64,000 nt of DNA from Octopus vulgaris (GCA_951406725.2 OX597819.1:37448001-37512000); one strand, 5' to 3'. Positions 13,223-26,988 are shown, numbered from the stretch's first letter. The notes: generated from the letters alone by a model not told the origin. A program made the numbers and translations.

Positions 13223-16200
13223 GTAATGATGATGTAGTTGCTGTATTCTTGATTGACTACGACAAGCAGAATTATGTATTTTATCACATCACAACAGCTA
13301 TAGTAAAGTTAAAAACTCAATGTGGTTACAAGCTTGTGGTCAAAAAACCTTAACGTCACAGCCACTTTATTTCCATTAAGAAAATTATAAAAATTAATTC
13401 AACATTTGAATATTATTTTATTTATCTGACGAAACTTGAAGAATCAAATTGCAGGTCATATATTTTAGTAAACAAATATTTTATATTTTGCTTTTGTGTG
13501 TAATTTAGAAACATCCTTTCTTATATAATTAGAAAGAACATTATCCCATCTCTTGATCATTGCCAGTGTGGATTATATTGACACAGGTGGGATAAAAGTC
13601 CTACATTTACTACTGCAGAATTAGTATACAATTATCAATCGCAAACTAGAATCTCAACCTCTGCCCTATACCCTTATATAAATTCAAATATTCTAAAATA
13701 TGTGTGGAAATTAAGGGTAAATTTTGAACTCAGAGCATTGATTAACCAAGATGTAAAACATATCCCTATTAAACCTTTTTGATACCAATCTGCCGGAGAT
13801 TATTCTTCTTGTTTTAAAGTGATCTAAATTAAATCTTTCCATCAACATTTCATGTTAGTCTATATTCCAAACACTAGACAAAGTTATTTTACTAAATTCT
13901 TTGTTATTTAAAAAAAAATTAATTGGAACAACAGCTGTAGTAACTACAGTGTTAATCAGACACTGTGATGAAGCCAGTCAATAATAAAACTTCAAAGTCA
14001 TTTGGATGTTTTTCACCGCACCATTATAAAGATGATTTTAATGTGTCCTCATATAATCCTGTATAAAAAACTCTTATATCTGCTTGGGAATTTGGCTTCT
14101 GAGAAATAAAAAGAAATCTTATATGTAATGATAGATTTCACAGCTAGTTAATACACCACCCAAATAATTCAACACAATGCTTCTAGTTAAAATGTGAGAA
14201 AATGTTTGTTTATTTTCTGATAACTCATTATGTTTAGGCATAACAGATTCACAAATCATTATCAGTATTTAGTGTTACTATTATATGTTGGCATGGGTTG
14301 AATTTTTTTTATTTTCTTGAGACAATGTTTTATGACCAAATGCCCTTTTTGATGTCGACATGTAGGAATGTAGTATGCCTATTCTAAAATAAGATATGCA
14401 CAGTAAAACAAATTTATAAATGTATGGAAAAAAAACTATTTAGGTTCAGTCTTACTGCACAATACCTTGGGCAAGTGTCTTCTATTATTACCTCAGGTTT
14501 ACTAGTTACCTTGTGAGTAAAATTGGTAGATGTGTGTATGTGAAATTTGTCATTTCTGCATTTTGCCTGAGGTCGTCTGAGTGAAACAAAGCAGCAGCAT
14601 TGTGACTTCATTCCTGGTGAATATTACAGTCCATTACTCTGTGCTTCTGATGTGTTTAGAATAAAAGCCGCCTTGTAAAAACAGGGAAAGGCTGACAACA
14701 AGAAGAGCATCTTCATCATCATCATATAACGTCTGTTTTCCATGCTAGCATGGGTTTAACTGGATCTGGTAAACTGGAGAGCTGCACCAGGCTCCATTCT
14801 CCTTTGACTTGTTTTCTACAGCTGGATGCCCTTCTTAATGCCAACTACTCAACTGTGTACTGCTTGTCTTTTATGTTGTTACCAGCACGTGTGCCTTGTA
14901 TGTACCACTGGCATGGGTTCCTTTTACATGTCACCGGCAGTTGCCACAACCACAGTTGATGTGTCTTCTCAAGTATAGCAAATTACCAGAGGTCTCAGTC
15001 ACTTGTCATCAATTTCATGAGACCCAACAACCAAAGATCATATTTCACCACTTTGTCCAACGTCTTCCTTAGTCTACTTCTTCTTCAGATTCCCTCCACA
15101 ATTAGAGGTTGACACTTCTTTATGCAGCTGTCATCATCCATACTCATCACATGACCATACCAGTGCAGTCTTCTCTCTTGCACACTACAATCTAGCCACT
15201 AATATATCATCTCAAATATGTACCTGTCCATCCTATGTCAGCATAGAGAAAATGAACAAATACAGGTAGAGTTCAATCTTAGAGTTGAATTTTTTATCAA
15301 TATTTATTTGATTTTTACCAATTAGTTTATTCATGTATAGTTTATTTGTAATGTTTTAATGAGTTTAATTAAGTCTGGTATCAAAAATAGATAAATGTCA
15401 ACCCAGCTTCAAAAAACACATGACCATGTGTGTTTTCATGTGATCTAATCTTGGTTAATCTTTTGTTGAGAATATGTTGATATTTTCTGACATTTCCAGA
15501 TGATCAGATAATAATTAAAAACAAAAAAACGTTACATGACAAGCACGTAATGAGCTGTTCAGGAGCCTAAAGACAAAAAGGATTTCTTAGAAGAAGCTTT
15601 ATAATATCTGTATGATCTGTTTATAAACAAAACTAACATTTTGTTTATAAATTGATCGAGTGTGTATAATGGGACATGAGTACGTTGACCACCTGATATA
15701 ATAATTCTCACGGTACAGTAGATTTTTTACTCTGGCAATCAGCAGGTGTTAGATATTTCTATCTGATTGGAACACCTGTTTAAACTGATTTCAGTATATG
15801 TCACACAAATATTGTCTCTGTTGCCAATTTGCCAATTATTTTACTTTTTTTATTTTCTTTTTTGTAAATTCAATAGATTCACATGAAATAGTCCACTTTC
15901 TGCTTCTACCACACTTTCTGTCTGACTTTTTCTCTTTCTCTCTGATTCACACACACATGCAAACATAGGCTGGATAAGTCGTCACAGTCTGTGTTCAGTT
16001 CTTATTTGGAGTTGTGGTTGGGAGACCATGCCTTGTTTCGCTTTGGCATGGTTTCTAATGGTTAGAATTTTGAAAACAATTTTATTGTACAATGTTATAA
16101 CCCCAGACTCTTAAAACCTAGAAATCCAAAGAAATATTTTTTTTAATAAAAAAAAAGTCTACAGTGGGTACTAAGTCTGGAACTCACTTAGGGAGTTCAA

Positions 16201-17516
16201 AGTTTCTTTGGTATCGAAAGCAGTTCATGCAGACACAGTTTCATCACCATGCAACTGTTGATTCACTGTAATATTAATCCCCTGAATTTTACCTCCAGGC
16301 AACACCAGGTATTTTGGTTAATGTTTTTGTGTGTGTGTGTGTATGTGTGATGAAATATAAACAGCAACCTGTTGCAAATGCAACAGTCCTGATATTATTC
16401 TGCAAATAAAAATCCTGCACTGTTGCAAGGGTCAGGTGCCCATTGCATGTGAATTTCTCATGTAAAATTGGAGTAAAAGAGGATATCTGTAGGGATCTAA
16501 TGAGAAACTTACAGCTATTAAATCTAGGCTATAGAATTTTTTGTTTATACCTTATATCGTAGGTGCACTGCGTTATGTAACAATAGACTTATGTACTAAC
16601 ACAGAAATGCTGTGTTCTCCATTATTATTAAATAACAAAACAAATTTATTTGCATCCTCCAAATACAATCAATTAGTAGTAAAATGAATATTTAACATTC
16701 TCTAGTTAAAGCCCCTGGATTCTTCAGTTAAGGTCCCTAGATTGAATGTATACCCACAGCATCATCTACACATAACATTACATGCACATAAACTGCAATG
16801 AAACACACACATTTGTGTACTAAAGTGACAAGTACAACCATTACAAGAGTGCAGAGTTATCCACACAAGCACCCATTAACATATACACAAATTGTTGACT
16901 CAAAAATAAAGATCATTCACTCACACATTTTACTGTTACGAAATTAGCACAACTCTCACCTCTATTTAATCAGTAGTATTGTTTTAAATAAGTTGAGTAT
17001 GTCTTCTATAGTTTGACATATATATGTACAAGTGTAATGCATGTGTATATGTGTGTGTAAACACCAAGTAACAGTGTATGTGCATGAATGTAGCTGTCCA
17101 TCTGTCTGTATAATAATATAAATGTTCCTGCATCTATATGTGACCCTTTGTACATGCGTGTGTGTGTGATATGAACAGAAGAGTGCAGCTATGTGAGAAT
17201 GTATGTGGTTATGTGCATGTTATGTTTTTGGTGTCCATTAACGACATAATCTCTTATCATCATAGCATTCCCAGACCACTGCTTGTCAGTAACAATATGC
17301 CCTCCCCTCCTTGAAGCTGAATCTAACTCTCACCAAAACCCTTACACTCTTCCTCTTAACTTTTGTTTGTTTGTTTGTTTGATCATTCAGAAAATGGTGA
17401 CAAATTATGTAATACATTACTACAATGAAGAAAATTCTTCTGTTTTGAGGCTTCTAGTGAGATGCAGATTTTTCAAGACTATATAGGTCAAAACATTTTA
17501 TCCTGACATTGTGTTA

Positions 17517-17878
17517 TCTCTATATATATAAATGGCAAAATGTCTGTGTGTGTCCTTTATACAAATCCACAATTTTTCAGTTAGAGAGCTTGCACTTTCT
17601 ATGGTCATTCAAAACCGTCCAAGGGTGGTCGTGCACATCTTTACATTTCCCCAGTCACCCCGCAAAGCCATTAAAAAATCAATAGAAGTGACTTTTTTGT
17701 GAATTTTCTATCCAAAACCCAATCAAAATGCCGGAAACTTGATACGCCAATTGAATACCAGCTAGCTGTATGTGATTGGTCGGAGATTTGGACAGTACTC
17801 GTGTGTATGTGCACACGCACGCAGCTGTATATGCATGCACTAGCACTATGATCTGGCAACGCCGGGTCATAGTGCTAG
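17517..17878 (+). mobile_element. Non-autonomous Helitron
   Basis: A|TC...CTAG|T with no TSD; terminal hairpin CTAGCACTATGATCTGGC-AAC-GCCGGGTCATAGTGCTAG (17840-17878). Confidence 0.85.
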
Positions 17879-19367
17879 TTTAATTTTAAAATAGTAAACA
17901 CTCATACAGAGAAACATACCTTGAATTTTAGTATTGTGTATATGTGTGTATGCTTCATTATGTTCACTTCTTACTCTTTGAAAAACCAATGTTGGTTTGT
18001 TTATATGCCTGTAACTTAGCAGTTTGCCAAAATGAAATCAATGTAAGAAGGCTCAAATGTAGAATAGTACTGGGATTGATTTGATCAGCTAAACCATCCA
18101 AGGTAGTGAGTGCCCTAGCTTGGCCAAAGTTCAATGGCTGAATCTGTTCAGAGAGAATATTTATAAATTCTCTCTGAATTCTGGCTATGCCACCTTATCT
18201 GTGTGGCATCATCAAATTTTTCCATACAACAGTTTGTTCTTCACTACTCAGCACTTCAGACATAAAATGGGATTCTGAGTCTATATGAAGAGAGATGTCT
18301 ATTCTTCATTTCTGTTTCCAACTGCATTTTGTCTTAACTTTAAAAAAGTCAAGTAGGCTTATAAAACCAACTCCTGTTGGATGTTCAGTATTAAATTTGA
18401 TGTTGTGAAGGGTATGGAATCATGTGGATTTTCATTTCCTTATCTCTTGATTGGATTGTCTCAAGGGTGGTGCCCCTGTATCTTTAGAACAACGTGATGT
18501 ACTGTCTGCAGTGCAGTGCTGTGTTCCTGATTTTTCTGTTAAGGGTGGCCAGGATCCAATTGAAAGGCAGCTGGATTGTCGATATATGGTGCTTTTGTAT
18601 TTCCACTTACATTTCTATTTTATTTATATATATATATGCATTATTATATTATATTATATATATATATATAAAATATATATTTCTTCATTATAAATATTAT
18701 TTCTCATTGCTATAGATATGCATTTCTTTATTATATTATATGCACTTTTTTATTGTATATGTATCTCTTTTTATCTCATGCATATATTTTAATTTTTATA
18801 TTTTATATGTAATGTGTATATATATATGGTGTGTATATGCTGTGTATTTTTTGCCACATATTGTAATATATATGGTGTACATATGCTGTGTATATTATGC
18901 ATGTGCATAATATATATATTACATAACTTACATTGCATATTTTTATGTTGTATATATATTTTATACATTTTATATTGTATATTTATTTCCTTTATTGTTT
19001 TATATCTTTTAATTCATGCAGTACCCATGGAAATCCCATGCATATTTTGATACTTATAAGATTGTCTAAAATTCCCACGGAGAACCATGAAACACATAAT
19101 TTCCTTTGAAATTGTATTCTTTTGAAGCATTTGATTCTTGGGATGGTATAAAGTCCACATAGGTAGTACTTAAGAAAGAACATGTTTGAAAACAATTCTT
19201 TATTATATTAGATATATATTGTTATACATATTATACATTTGTCTCCTCTTCTATGTTAATAGTTGTTATCTGTTATTTTTATGTCATGATGTGAAACATT
19301 CTAGAAAGAGCTAATTATAATTGTCTATTGTGGTAGTTTACTTCTTTATGCCTTTCCTTTGTGACTC

Positions 19368-19705
19368 ATCATCATCATCATCATCATCATCATTTAACGT
19401 CCATTCTCCATGCTAGCATGGGTTGGACAGTTCGACCGTGGTCTGGGAAGCCAGGAGGCTGCACCAGGCTCCAGTCTGATCTGGCAGTGTTTCTACAGCT
19501 GGATGCCCTTCCTAACGCCAACCACTCCGTGAGTGTAGTGGGTGCTTTTTACGTGCCACCGGCACAGGTGCCAGGCGAGGCTGGCAACTTCCATGATCGG
19601 ATTGGTGCTTTTTACGTGCCACTGGCATGGAAGCCAGTCAAGGCGGCGCAGGCATCGGCCACGTTTGGATGGTGCTTTTTACGTGCCACCGGCATGGAAG
19701 CCAGT
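19368..19705 (-). mobile_element. SINE family C with internal subrepeats
   Basis: (CAT)n tail; repeated GGTGCTTTTTACGTGCCACCGGCA units. Confidence 0.8.
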
Positions 19706-20189
19706 CTGTGTTATTAGTTGAAAGAATAATGTATTAAGTTATTTTGATTAATAAATGAAATTGACGATAACATATATCTATAGTAATAATCTGGTATGGT
19801 ATGACTGTTGGTGAAGTCTTAACAAATCTTAAACACTACTACATAAGTATTTTCAGATCACAACAAAAATGTCCACATCCCTGGACTTAAACCCACAATC
19901 CCTGTAAATGAAATACAGTAGCTGTCCCCTAACCTTTCTAAAACTATATATCTATAATTTACATATTACACTTGATTTTAAACATTTATTTCCTGATCAA
20001 TTGCTTTGTGAGTAAATATAAATAATAGCTGTTGTACTGTTATAGATCATGTCTTTGATTTCGTTCTGTAGTTTCATCGGTCAGTTGTCATACAAATAAA
20101 TGTTGTGTCTGTAATGAATTATGTCTTCCAGTATCATTTTTATAATTAACTATCACATATGTAAACCATAGCAGAGTAATAATATAGAA

Positions 20190-20390
20190 CAGTGGTTTTC
20201 AACCAGGGTTCCACCAGTACAGTCCAGGGGTTCTGCAAGAAGTTACAAAATTGCTAAAATCGGCAGTCATTTTTAATTCTCCTGTGCAGATATGTGTGCA
20301 TAAGACTATTAAATTGTTGCACAGAGGTTCCTCGAGCCAGTGGAATGTTTTCTTGGGGTTCCGCTCCAGCAAAAAGTTTGAAAAGCACTG
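20190..20390. mobile_element. hAT (Charlie-like) MITE
   Basis: TIRs CAGTGGTTTTCAA/TTGAAAAGCACTG; 8-bp TSD ATATAGAA/ATATAGAG. Confidence 0.8.
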
Positions 20391-20721
20391 ATATAGAGTA
20401 TACTTCATCATTGTCATTGTTTTAACAACCAATTTGAAATGCTTACTGAAATTTGTCGAGGCAGATTTTCTAAGGCTGGAAGCCCTTCCTGCCACCAATC
20501 CTCACCAGTTTCAGTTAACATACTTCTTCATGATAAGACGTGTTTTCATGGAAAATTGGAAACAAACGGTACTTCTTGTATGGCAGTGTTGCTCATTCAC
20601 GACTATCATAAGATATCAAGATACACACACTTAACTTCTCTTTCTGTTTCCATCTACTAAAGCTACTTACTGTTGAAGACACTTACCCCAGATGCCACAG
20701 AGTGAAATCAAAACTTGCTTA

Positions 20722-21142
20722 GGATCTTTTCGGTTTGAACGGCAGTTTTTTCTAGCAGTGTCATATGAAATTGTCACCCATAATTATGACCCTAGTATCG
20801 ATCTATTGCATTTCAATCTGTTTTAGGGTTAGGGTTAGGGGTGGGGGGAAGGGTATCTTTGTTTCTTCACAAATGTAAATAAACCCAATCTGTTTCTTAA
20901 ACGAGGGACATATTCATACGGCACAGAATTTTTTTTTTACCTCAATAAACGTCAGTGATTGGTTGAAATTGCAGAAATTGAAGAAAAAGAACAACAAGTA
21001 TCTTACAAACCATAGAATTTTCTCAATAAAGCCAAGAGAAAAAGATGTTTTATAAGCACATTCTACCAGTATACGAAGTTTAACATTTTTTTTAGTTACC
21101 TAAAAATTATGTTAAAAACTGCCGTTTAAACCGAAAAGATCC
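20722..21142 (+). mobile_element. GGATC-TIR MITE carrying TTAGGG repeats
   Basis: TIRs GGATCTTTTCGGTTTGAACGGCAGTTTTT/AAAAACTGCCGTTTAAACCGAAAAGATCC. Confidence 0.85.
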
Positions 21143-21149
21143 AAATTGA

Positions 21150-21900
21150 TATAATTATGTAAATACGTAACGTATGATCTATAATAATATTCAGTTACCG
21201 TTTACATATGTGATACTTAGCTTTACAAACTGAAAGATTTGTATAGAACAAATCAATCTATTACAGATACAAAACGCACTCACACGTGTTTCTGTAAATA
21301 TATATTCATATATATACGCACATTTAGATCGCATATATGTACACACACACACACACACACACGTGTGTATTTATATATTTATAAACACGCACGCACGTGT
21401 GTGTCCATATGTATGTAAAGAGATTGACAAGCATGTGTTTATGTGTTTGTATATTATTTATGCGTTTGTATCAAAATTAATTTTCTTCCTGAATTACGAT
21501 TACAGTATGAATTTTTTTTTTCTCATGATGTTCTCCTCGGACACATTTTTCTAAACTTGTCCAATACTATGGTAAGGAAAGCGGAATTATACCTACCTCT
21601 TGTCTCTTTAATAGAAAAGAAAGAGTAGGGTTTTAAATTTTTCGCTTATGTTGCGGGTAGGTTTTTTTTCGGCTTTAGTCAACACTCGGAATTAACGTAA
21701 AGGGAGATAATTCCCACTGTAAAATATGTTTAACTTTTCGGTTGTTTTTTTTCCCCATATTCGTTCGTTGATCAGTCCGTTCTTTCATTTGTACTTTTTT
21801 ATCCCATGGTTTGATAGTTCTACCAGTAAAGTTACTTGTAAGATTTAGTGCGTTTGCACTTGATGGTGGCTCTTTTACTTATTTATTTTAAAATCACGTG
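21150..21900 (+). promoter_or_regulatory. Candidate promoter/first-exon region with E-boxes and D-box-like sites
   Basis: Locally CpG-rich non-repeat island. CACGTG at 21283, 21360, 21394 and 21895; TTATGTAA at 21155 and ATACGTAA at 21163; donor ATG|gtaagg at 21571/21572. Confidence 0.45.
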
Positions 21901-22154
21901 AATGTTTAGTTAAGAAGTAAGTTTATTTCCCAACCAAAACTCTCTTAGGTTCAGTCCCTCAGACTTGTGAGAGGATTTGGTTGATAGAAACTGAGAGAAG
22001 CCTGACGTATGTTTGTGTGTACCATTGTCTAGAGGTCATGTGATGGTTGTAAATGAGCATCATCATCATCATACAGGCGAGGTTGTTTATTTCCAGTCTT
22101 GAAAAGCATATTAGACATGCTATGGGAAGATATTACCTTGTTTAGAAACAGATG

Positions 22155-22571
22155 GGATCTTTTCGGTTTGAACGGCAGTTTTTTCTAGCAGTGTCATATG
22201 AAATTGCCACCCATAATTATGACCCTAGTATCGATCTATTGCATATCCATCTATTTTAGGGTTAGGGTTCGGGTTAAGGGTGGGGAAGGGTATCTTTTTT
22301 TCTTCACAAATGTAAATAAACCCAATCTGTTTCTTAAACGAATGACATATTCATACGACACAGACTATTTTTTACCTCAATAGACGTCAGTGATTGGTTG
22401 AAATTGCAGAAATTGAAGAAAAAAAACAAATATCTTACAAACTATAGAATTTTCTCAATAAAGCCAAGAGAAAAGATGTTTTATAAACACATTCTATCAG
22501 TATACGAAGTTTAGAATTTTTTAGCTACCTAGAAATTATGTTAAAAACTGCCGTTCAAACCGAAAAGATCC
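22155..22571 (+). mobile_element. GGATC-TIR MITE (Merlin- or hAT-like), 8-bp TSD
   Basis: Perfect TIRs; TSD AACAGATG at 22147-22154 and 22572-22579. Confidence 0.9.
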
Positions 22572-23643
22572 AACAGATGAGGGCTGACAACAAAAGAGCA
22601 CCCAGCCTATAGAAAATTCACCTCAACAAATCCCATCTGACTCAAGCAATCATGGAAAAGTTGGCTTTAAATGATGATGATAAATTATTGCTGTTACTGG
22701 GAGATGTATCAGGCTAAATTTCAGTTATTGCCACATCTCTCCCCTTCATAGGATGCTAGACTCGACAATTGCTTTTGTTGGCCCTGGTCACCTCTATAAA
22801 AGATGTGAGCAAACTAATGCAAGATATGTCTTTGCTTGAAGCATCATATATCAAGGATTATGTTATCTTGGTTACATAGTTTTCCTTCTTATTTATATAT
22901 GATATGGTGTGATTTTGAGGAGATTTAGCTGCTAATTCTTGCTGGTCAAATACCAATGTGAAGGCTCACATCCATGGCATAGGATTGACTTTGTGACTTG
23001 AAATTTAACAAACTGTTTGTCAATCTATTATGCTCCTGTATATAATGGTGAGCTTTTCTCATGCAGATATATATCTGTATGTTTGTCTTCTATTTCTCTC
23101 CCACTCTCTCTCTCTCTCTTTCTACCTCCCTCCTTTCTCTCTCCCCTCTCTTTCTCTCTCACTCCCACTCTCTCTCTCTCTCTCTCTCTTTCATCTTTTA
23201 CTTGTTTCAGTCAAACAGATCAACCCCAGTACTTTTTTAAGCTTAATATTTATTCTATCAGCCACTTTTTGTCAAAATACTACGTATCAGGGATGTAAAC
23301 AAACCAACACTGTCTGTCAAGTGGTGGTAGTGAATAGAAGCAAAAACACACGCACACTCAAACACACACACACACACATGGGTGTGGATGTTAGTGTGTA
23401 TACACACCATGGGCTTCTTTCTATCTACTAAATTAACCTACAAGGCTTTCAAAGACAATTGTCTATGCACTGAACCCATAGAGAGGGTTTCCAATTTATT
23501 TCTTGTTGCCTTTTATGTTTCGTATTGCCAATTACTGAGTACTTTCTTAATGGCTTGTATAAAAAAAAGTAGGTGTAACTTGCATTTTGGTTAAAATGTT
23601 ACTATGTTTTGTATTTGTGCAGATATTCATTTGTGCTTAGTTG

Positions 23644-23688
<45 letters not shown>

Positions 23689-23819
23689 TATTTATATATA
23701 TATATATTTATTTATTTATATATACATATACAATATTATGTATACATCCATGATGACTCATACCTCAGGTCTTACTGTCATACTCAAATTCAGTATGTGA
23801 CACTCTAATTGTATGCATA

Positions 23820-26200
23820 AGACAACATAATATAGTCATATGCAATACATATTGCCCACCGGATGCTCCAAACCACATAGGAAAGTTTGAAGATTGCCTC
23901 ACAAGAATTTAAAAAATCCTCAAGAATCTGGAACACCACATGACCATATTTCTTATGGGTGATTTCAACTTCCCCAACGTCAAATGGCCCGAAGGTCTCA
24001 TACTCTCAGGAATGAATCATTGCAAGCAAGTACAGGTGGAGTCCCTGCTCAACCTCACCAATGCCTTATTCATGGAGCAAGTTGTACTCAAACCAACTAG
24101 GGCGAATAACATTCTGGATCTCTGCTTCATGAACAATATGGACATCATTCATGATGTGAAAGTGACACTGACATTAGTCTTGGATCACAACATAATAGAG
24201 TTGTCTATGTTTGGGCCGAAAGTAACCAGAGACATACAGCCTAAAGGAAGCACCTGAAATCTCTCCAATCTTAACTTTCACAAAACAGATTGGAAATCAA
24301 TCCAAAAAGAGATCCTCAGAGAGGACTGGCCGAAATGTCTCTCTACACCAGACATTGACATGAAACTAGAATCTTTCATGTCTTCTGTGTAAGCCATATG
24401 CCAGAAATATGTCCCAGAGCTCAAGACCAAAACAAATAGGAGCAAGATTCCAAGGGAGAGGAAGACAAAGGTTGCAAATTGACTCAACCAACATCCCAAA
24501 AGTAGCAAAATGTCCTGCCTAAAAACAACACTGATAGAGATCGAAAAAAGGCTGCAACAATCCTATGTGAGGGAGAAGCAGACAAAGAAGCCTGGGTTAT
24601 AAAAAAACATTAAGTCAAACCCAAAGACCTTCTTTCATTAGGCGAAAGAAACAGCCTCAGTACACTACAAGGTAGGACCCCTCCTCCAAAAAGATGGCTC
24701 CCTCACATACAGTCCAACTAAGATCAGTGAGATACTGAATGACCAGTTCAAAAGTGTCTTTACCATCCCGTTGGAACACAGACAAGTGAACAAACCAGTG
24801 GACTTCTTTGCTGCCTCACCTATAACCAGTGAGGCAGTTACAATGGAATACATTGACATTAGCAAAGAAGATATACTACTAGCCATAGATGAAATGGACA
24901 CAAACTCAACTGCTGATCCTGATGGTTTTCCAGCAATCTTCCTCAAATTGTGTAAGCATGCCCTGGCAAAACCCCTACAGATTCTCTTCCAGAGCTTTCT
25001 TACAAATGGCAAACTGCCAAGCAAGCTGAAGAAAGGAATAATATGCCCAATCCATAAAGGGGGTAGTAGAGCAGATGCCAAAAACTATAGGCCTATCTCT
25101 CTGACTTCACACATCAGCAGTCATAGAACAGATAGTCAGAGGGAAACTAATTGCATTCCTTGAAGAAAATAACTTGCTGAGTGACACCCAGCATGGTTTT
25201 TGACCAGGTAGGAGCTGCCTGACCCAGCTCTTACAACATTATGACTGGGTTACTCAACAAATCAAATGTGGACGTAATATACCTTGATTTTGCAAAAGCT
25301 TTTGACAAGGTGGATCTTGATATGCCATAAACTGCATGACTTTGGCATAGCTGGAAAATTTGGAGAGTGGTTACACAACTTCCTGAAAGATAGGAGTCTG
25401 GCAGTAGTGGCTAATGGAGCCACCTTTATGAACTCACAAATAGTAAGTGGTGTTCCACAGGGCACTGTCTTGGGACCACTGCTTTTCATAGTGGCCCTCT
25501 CAAATATGCCCTCAAATGCCTGGATAGCCACCCTTGCAAGCTATGCAGATGATACGAAAGTCTCGCAGAAAATACAGAACCCCAGCAATATTGCACACCT
25601 GCAGCAGGAGTTGGACTCAATTTATAGACGGGCTGAGGATAATAATATGCAGTTTAATGCTGAAAAATTACAAGCCCTGCACTACCAGCATCCAAAATTG
25701 AATATGAAACTTACAGGGTACACCAGTCCACAGGAAATTTCAATCCCAGAGCCTAAGTCAGTGAGGGACCTGGGTATCGATATGAGTGATGATACCACTT
25801 TCCAAGTGCACATTACCAGGATGGCGACAAAGTGCAGACGACTGACTGGATGGATCCTAAGAACATTTAGAATCAGAGATAAGGAAATCATGATGGTCCT
25901 CTGGCGGACATTCATCCTCAGCCACCTGGATTACTGCTCACAGCTATGGTCACCTACCAGTGTGAAATTAACAGGGGACCTTGAAGCAATCCAGAGAAGA
26001 TTCACAAAGAAGATTATCTCTTTGCAACAGCTCAGCTACTGGGAAAGGTTGAAACAGTTAAGACTCTACTCCCTGGAGAGAAGACGGGAGAGGTATGCAG
26101 TAATATATATCTGGAAGATCCTGGAAGGAATTGTGACAAATTTTGGCATTGAAAGCTATACCAATGCCAGAACTGGATGACACTGCATAGTGCCAAAGGA
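23820..26200 (+). mobile_element. Decayed CR1/L2-clade LINE ORF2 (APE endonuclease plus reverse transcriptase)
   Basis: Motifs MGDFNFP, PTRANNILDL, DHN, YRPISLTS, YLDFAKAFD, SGVPQGTVLGPLLF, YADD, LDYCSQLWSP, LERRR. Several stops and frameshifts. Confidence 0.93.
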
Positions 26201-26210
26201 AAATCCAATG

Positions 26211-26275
26211 GCCAGATAACCGAAGAGATAGTGGATTTCCACCTCGGCATCTGAAACTCGGAGTTTTATCTTGGC
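26211..26275 (+). ncRNA. Degenerate hammerhead-like fold in a Penelope-like fragment
   Basis: GCCAGATAA-CCGAAGA-...-GAAA-CTCGGAG-TT-TTATCTTGGC: helix I arms pair; core has U4>C. Confidence 0.5.
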
Positions 26276-26373
26276 TACCGAATAATTGTCACATATTACA
26301 TTTACAGATAAATTCCTCTATTTACATAATATCAAGGTCTCTTTCTTTCTTTTGTCGTCTCCCCATTTTTATC

Positions 26374-26402
<29 letters not shown>

Positions 26403-26404
<2 letters not shown>

Positions 26405-26735
26405 CATCGTTTAGCGTCCACTTTCCATGCTGGCATGGGTTGGACAGTTCAACTGGGGTCTAGGAAGCCAGAAGGCTGTACCAGGCCCAGTCTGATCTGG
26501 CAATGTTTCTACGGCTGGATGCCCTTCCTAATGCCAACCACTCCATGAGTGTAGTGGATGCTTTTTACGTGCCAGTCGAGGCTGGCAACGGCCACGATCG
26601 GATGGTGTTTTTTACGTGCCACCAGCACGGAGGCCAGTCGGGGCAGCGCTGGCAACAGCCACATTCGGATGGTTCTCTTATGTGTCACCAGCACTGGTAT
26701 CACAGCTACAATTTCAATTGATGTTGATCGATTTT
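26403..26735 (-). mobile_element. SINE family C
   Basis: Paralogous to 3155-3470 and 19368-19705. Confidence 0.75.
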
Positions 26736-26825
26736 GATATATTTATATGTGTATATATATATATATATATTTATATTATATACCTATATATATTTATATT
26801 ATATAGCTATATATATATATATAGC

Positions 26826-26988
26826 ATATAATATTAATTCGAGACAAAACCACTATTTTGCAAAACAAACAAGGAAAGACTTAATCAATACATAAAATTT
26901 TTAATATAAAGAAATATTTTATGTATTGATTAAGTCTTTCCTTGTTTGTTTTGCAAAATAGTGGTTTTGTCTCGAATTAATATTATAT
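26826..26988. repeat. Perfect palindrome, 73-bp arms and 17-nt loop
   Basis: 26826-26898 is the reverse complement of 26916-26988; embedded in (TA)n. Confidence 0.9.

Noticed and set aside
25284-26180. 298-aa ORF as an active reverse transcriptase gene
   Set aside because: Fragment of a LINE ORF2 with stops and frameshifts upstream and a truncated 3' end.
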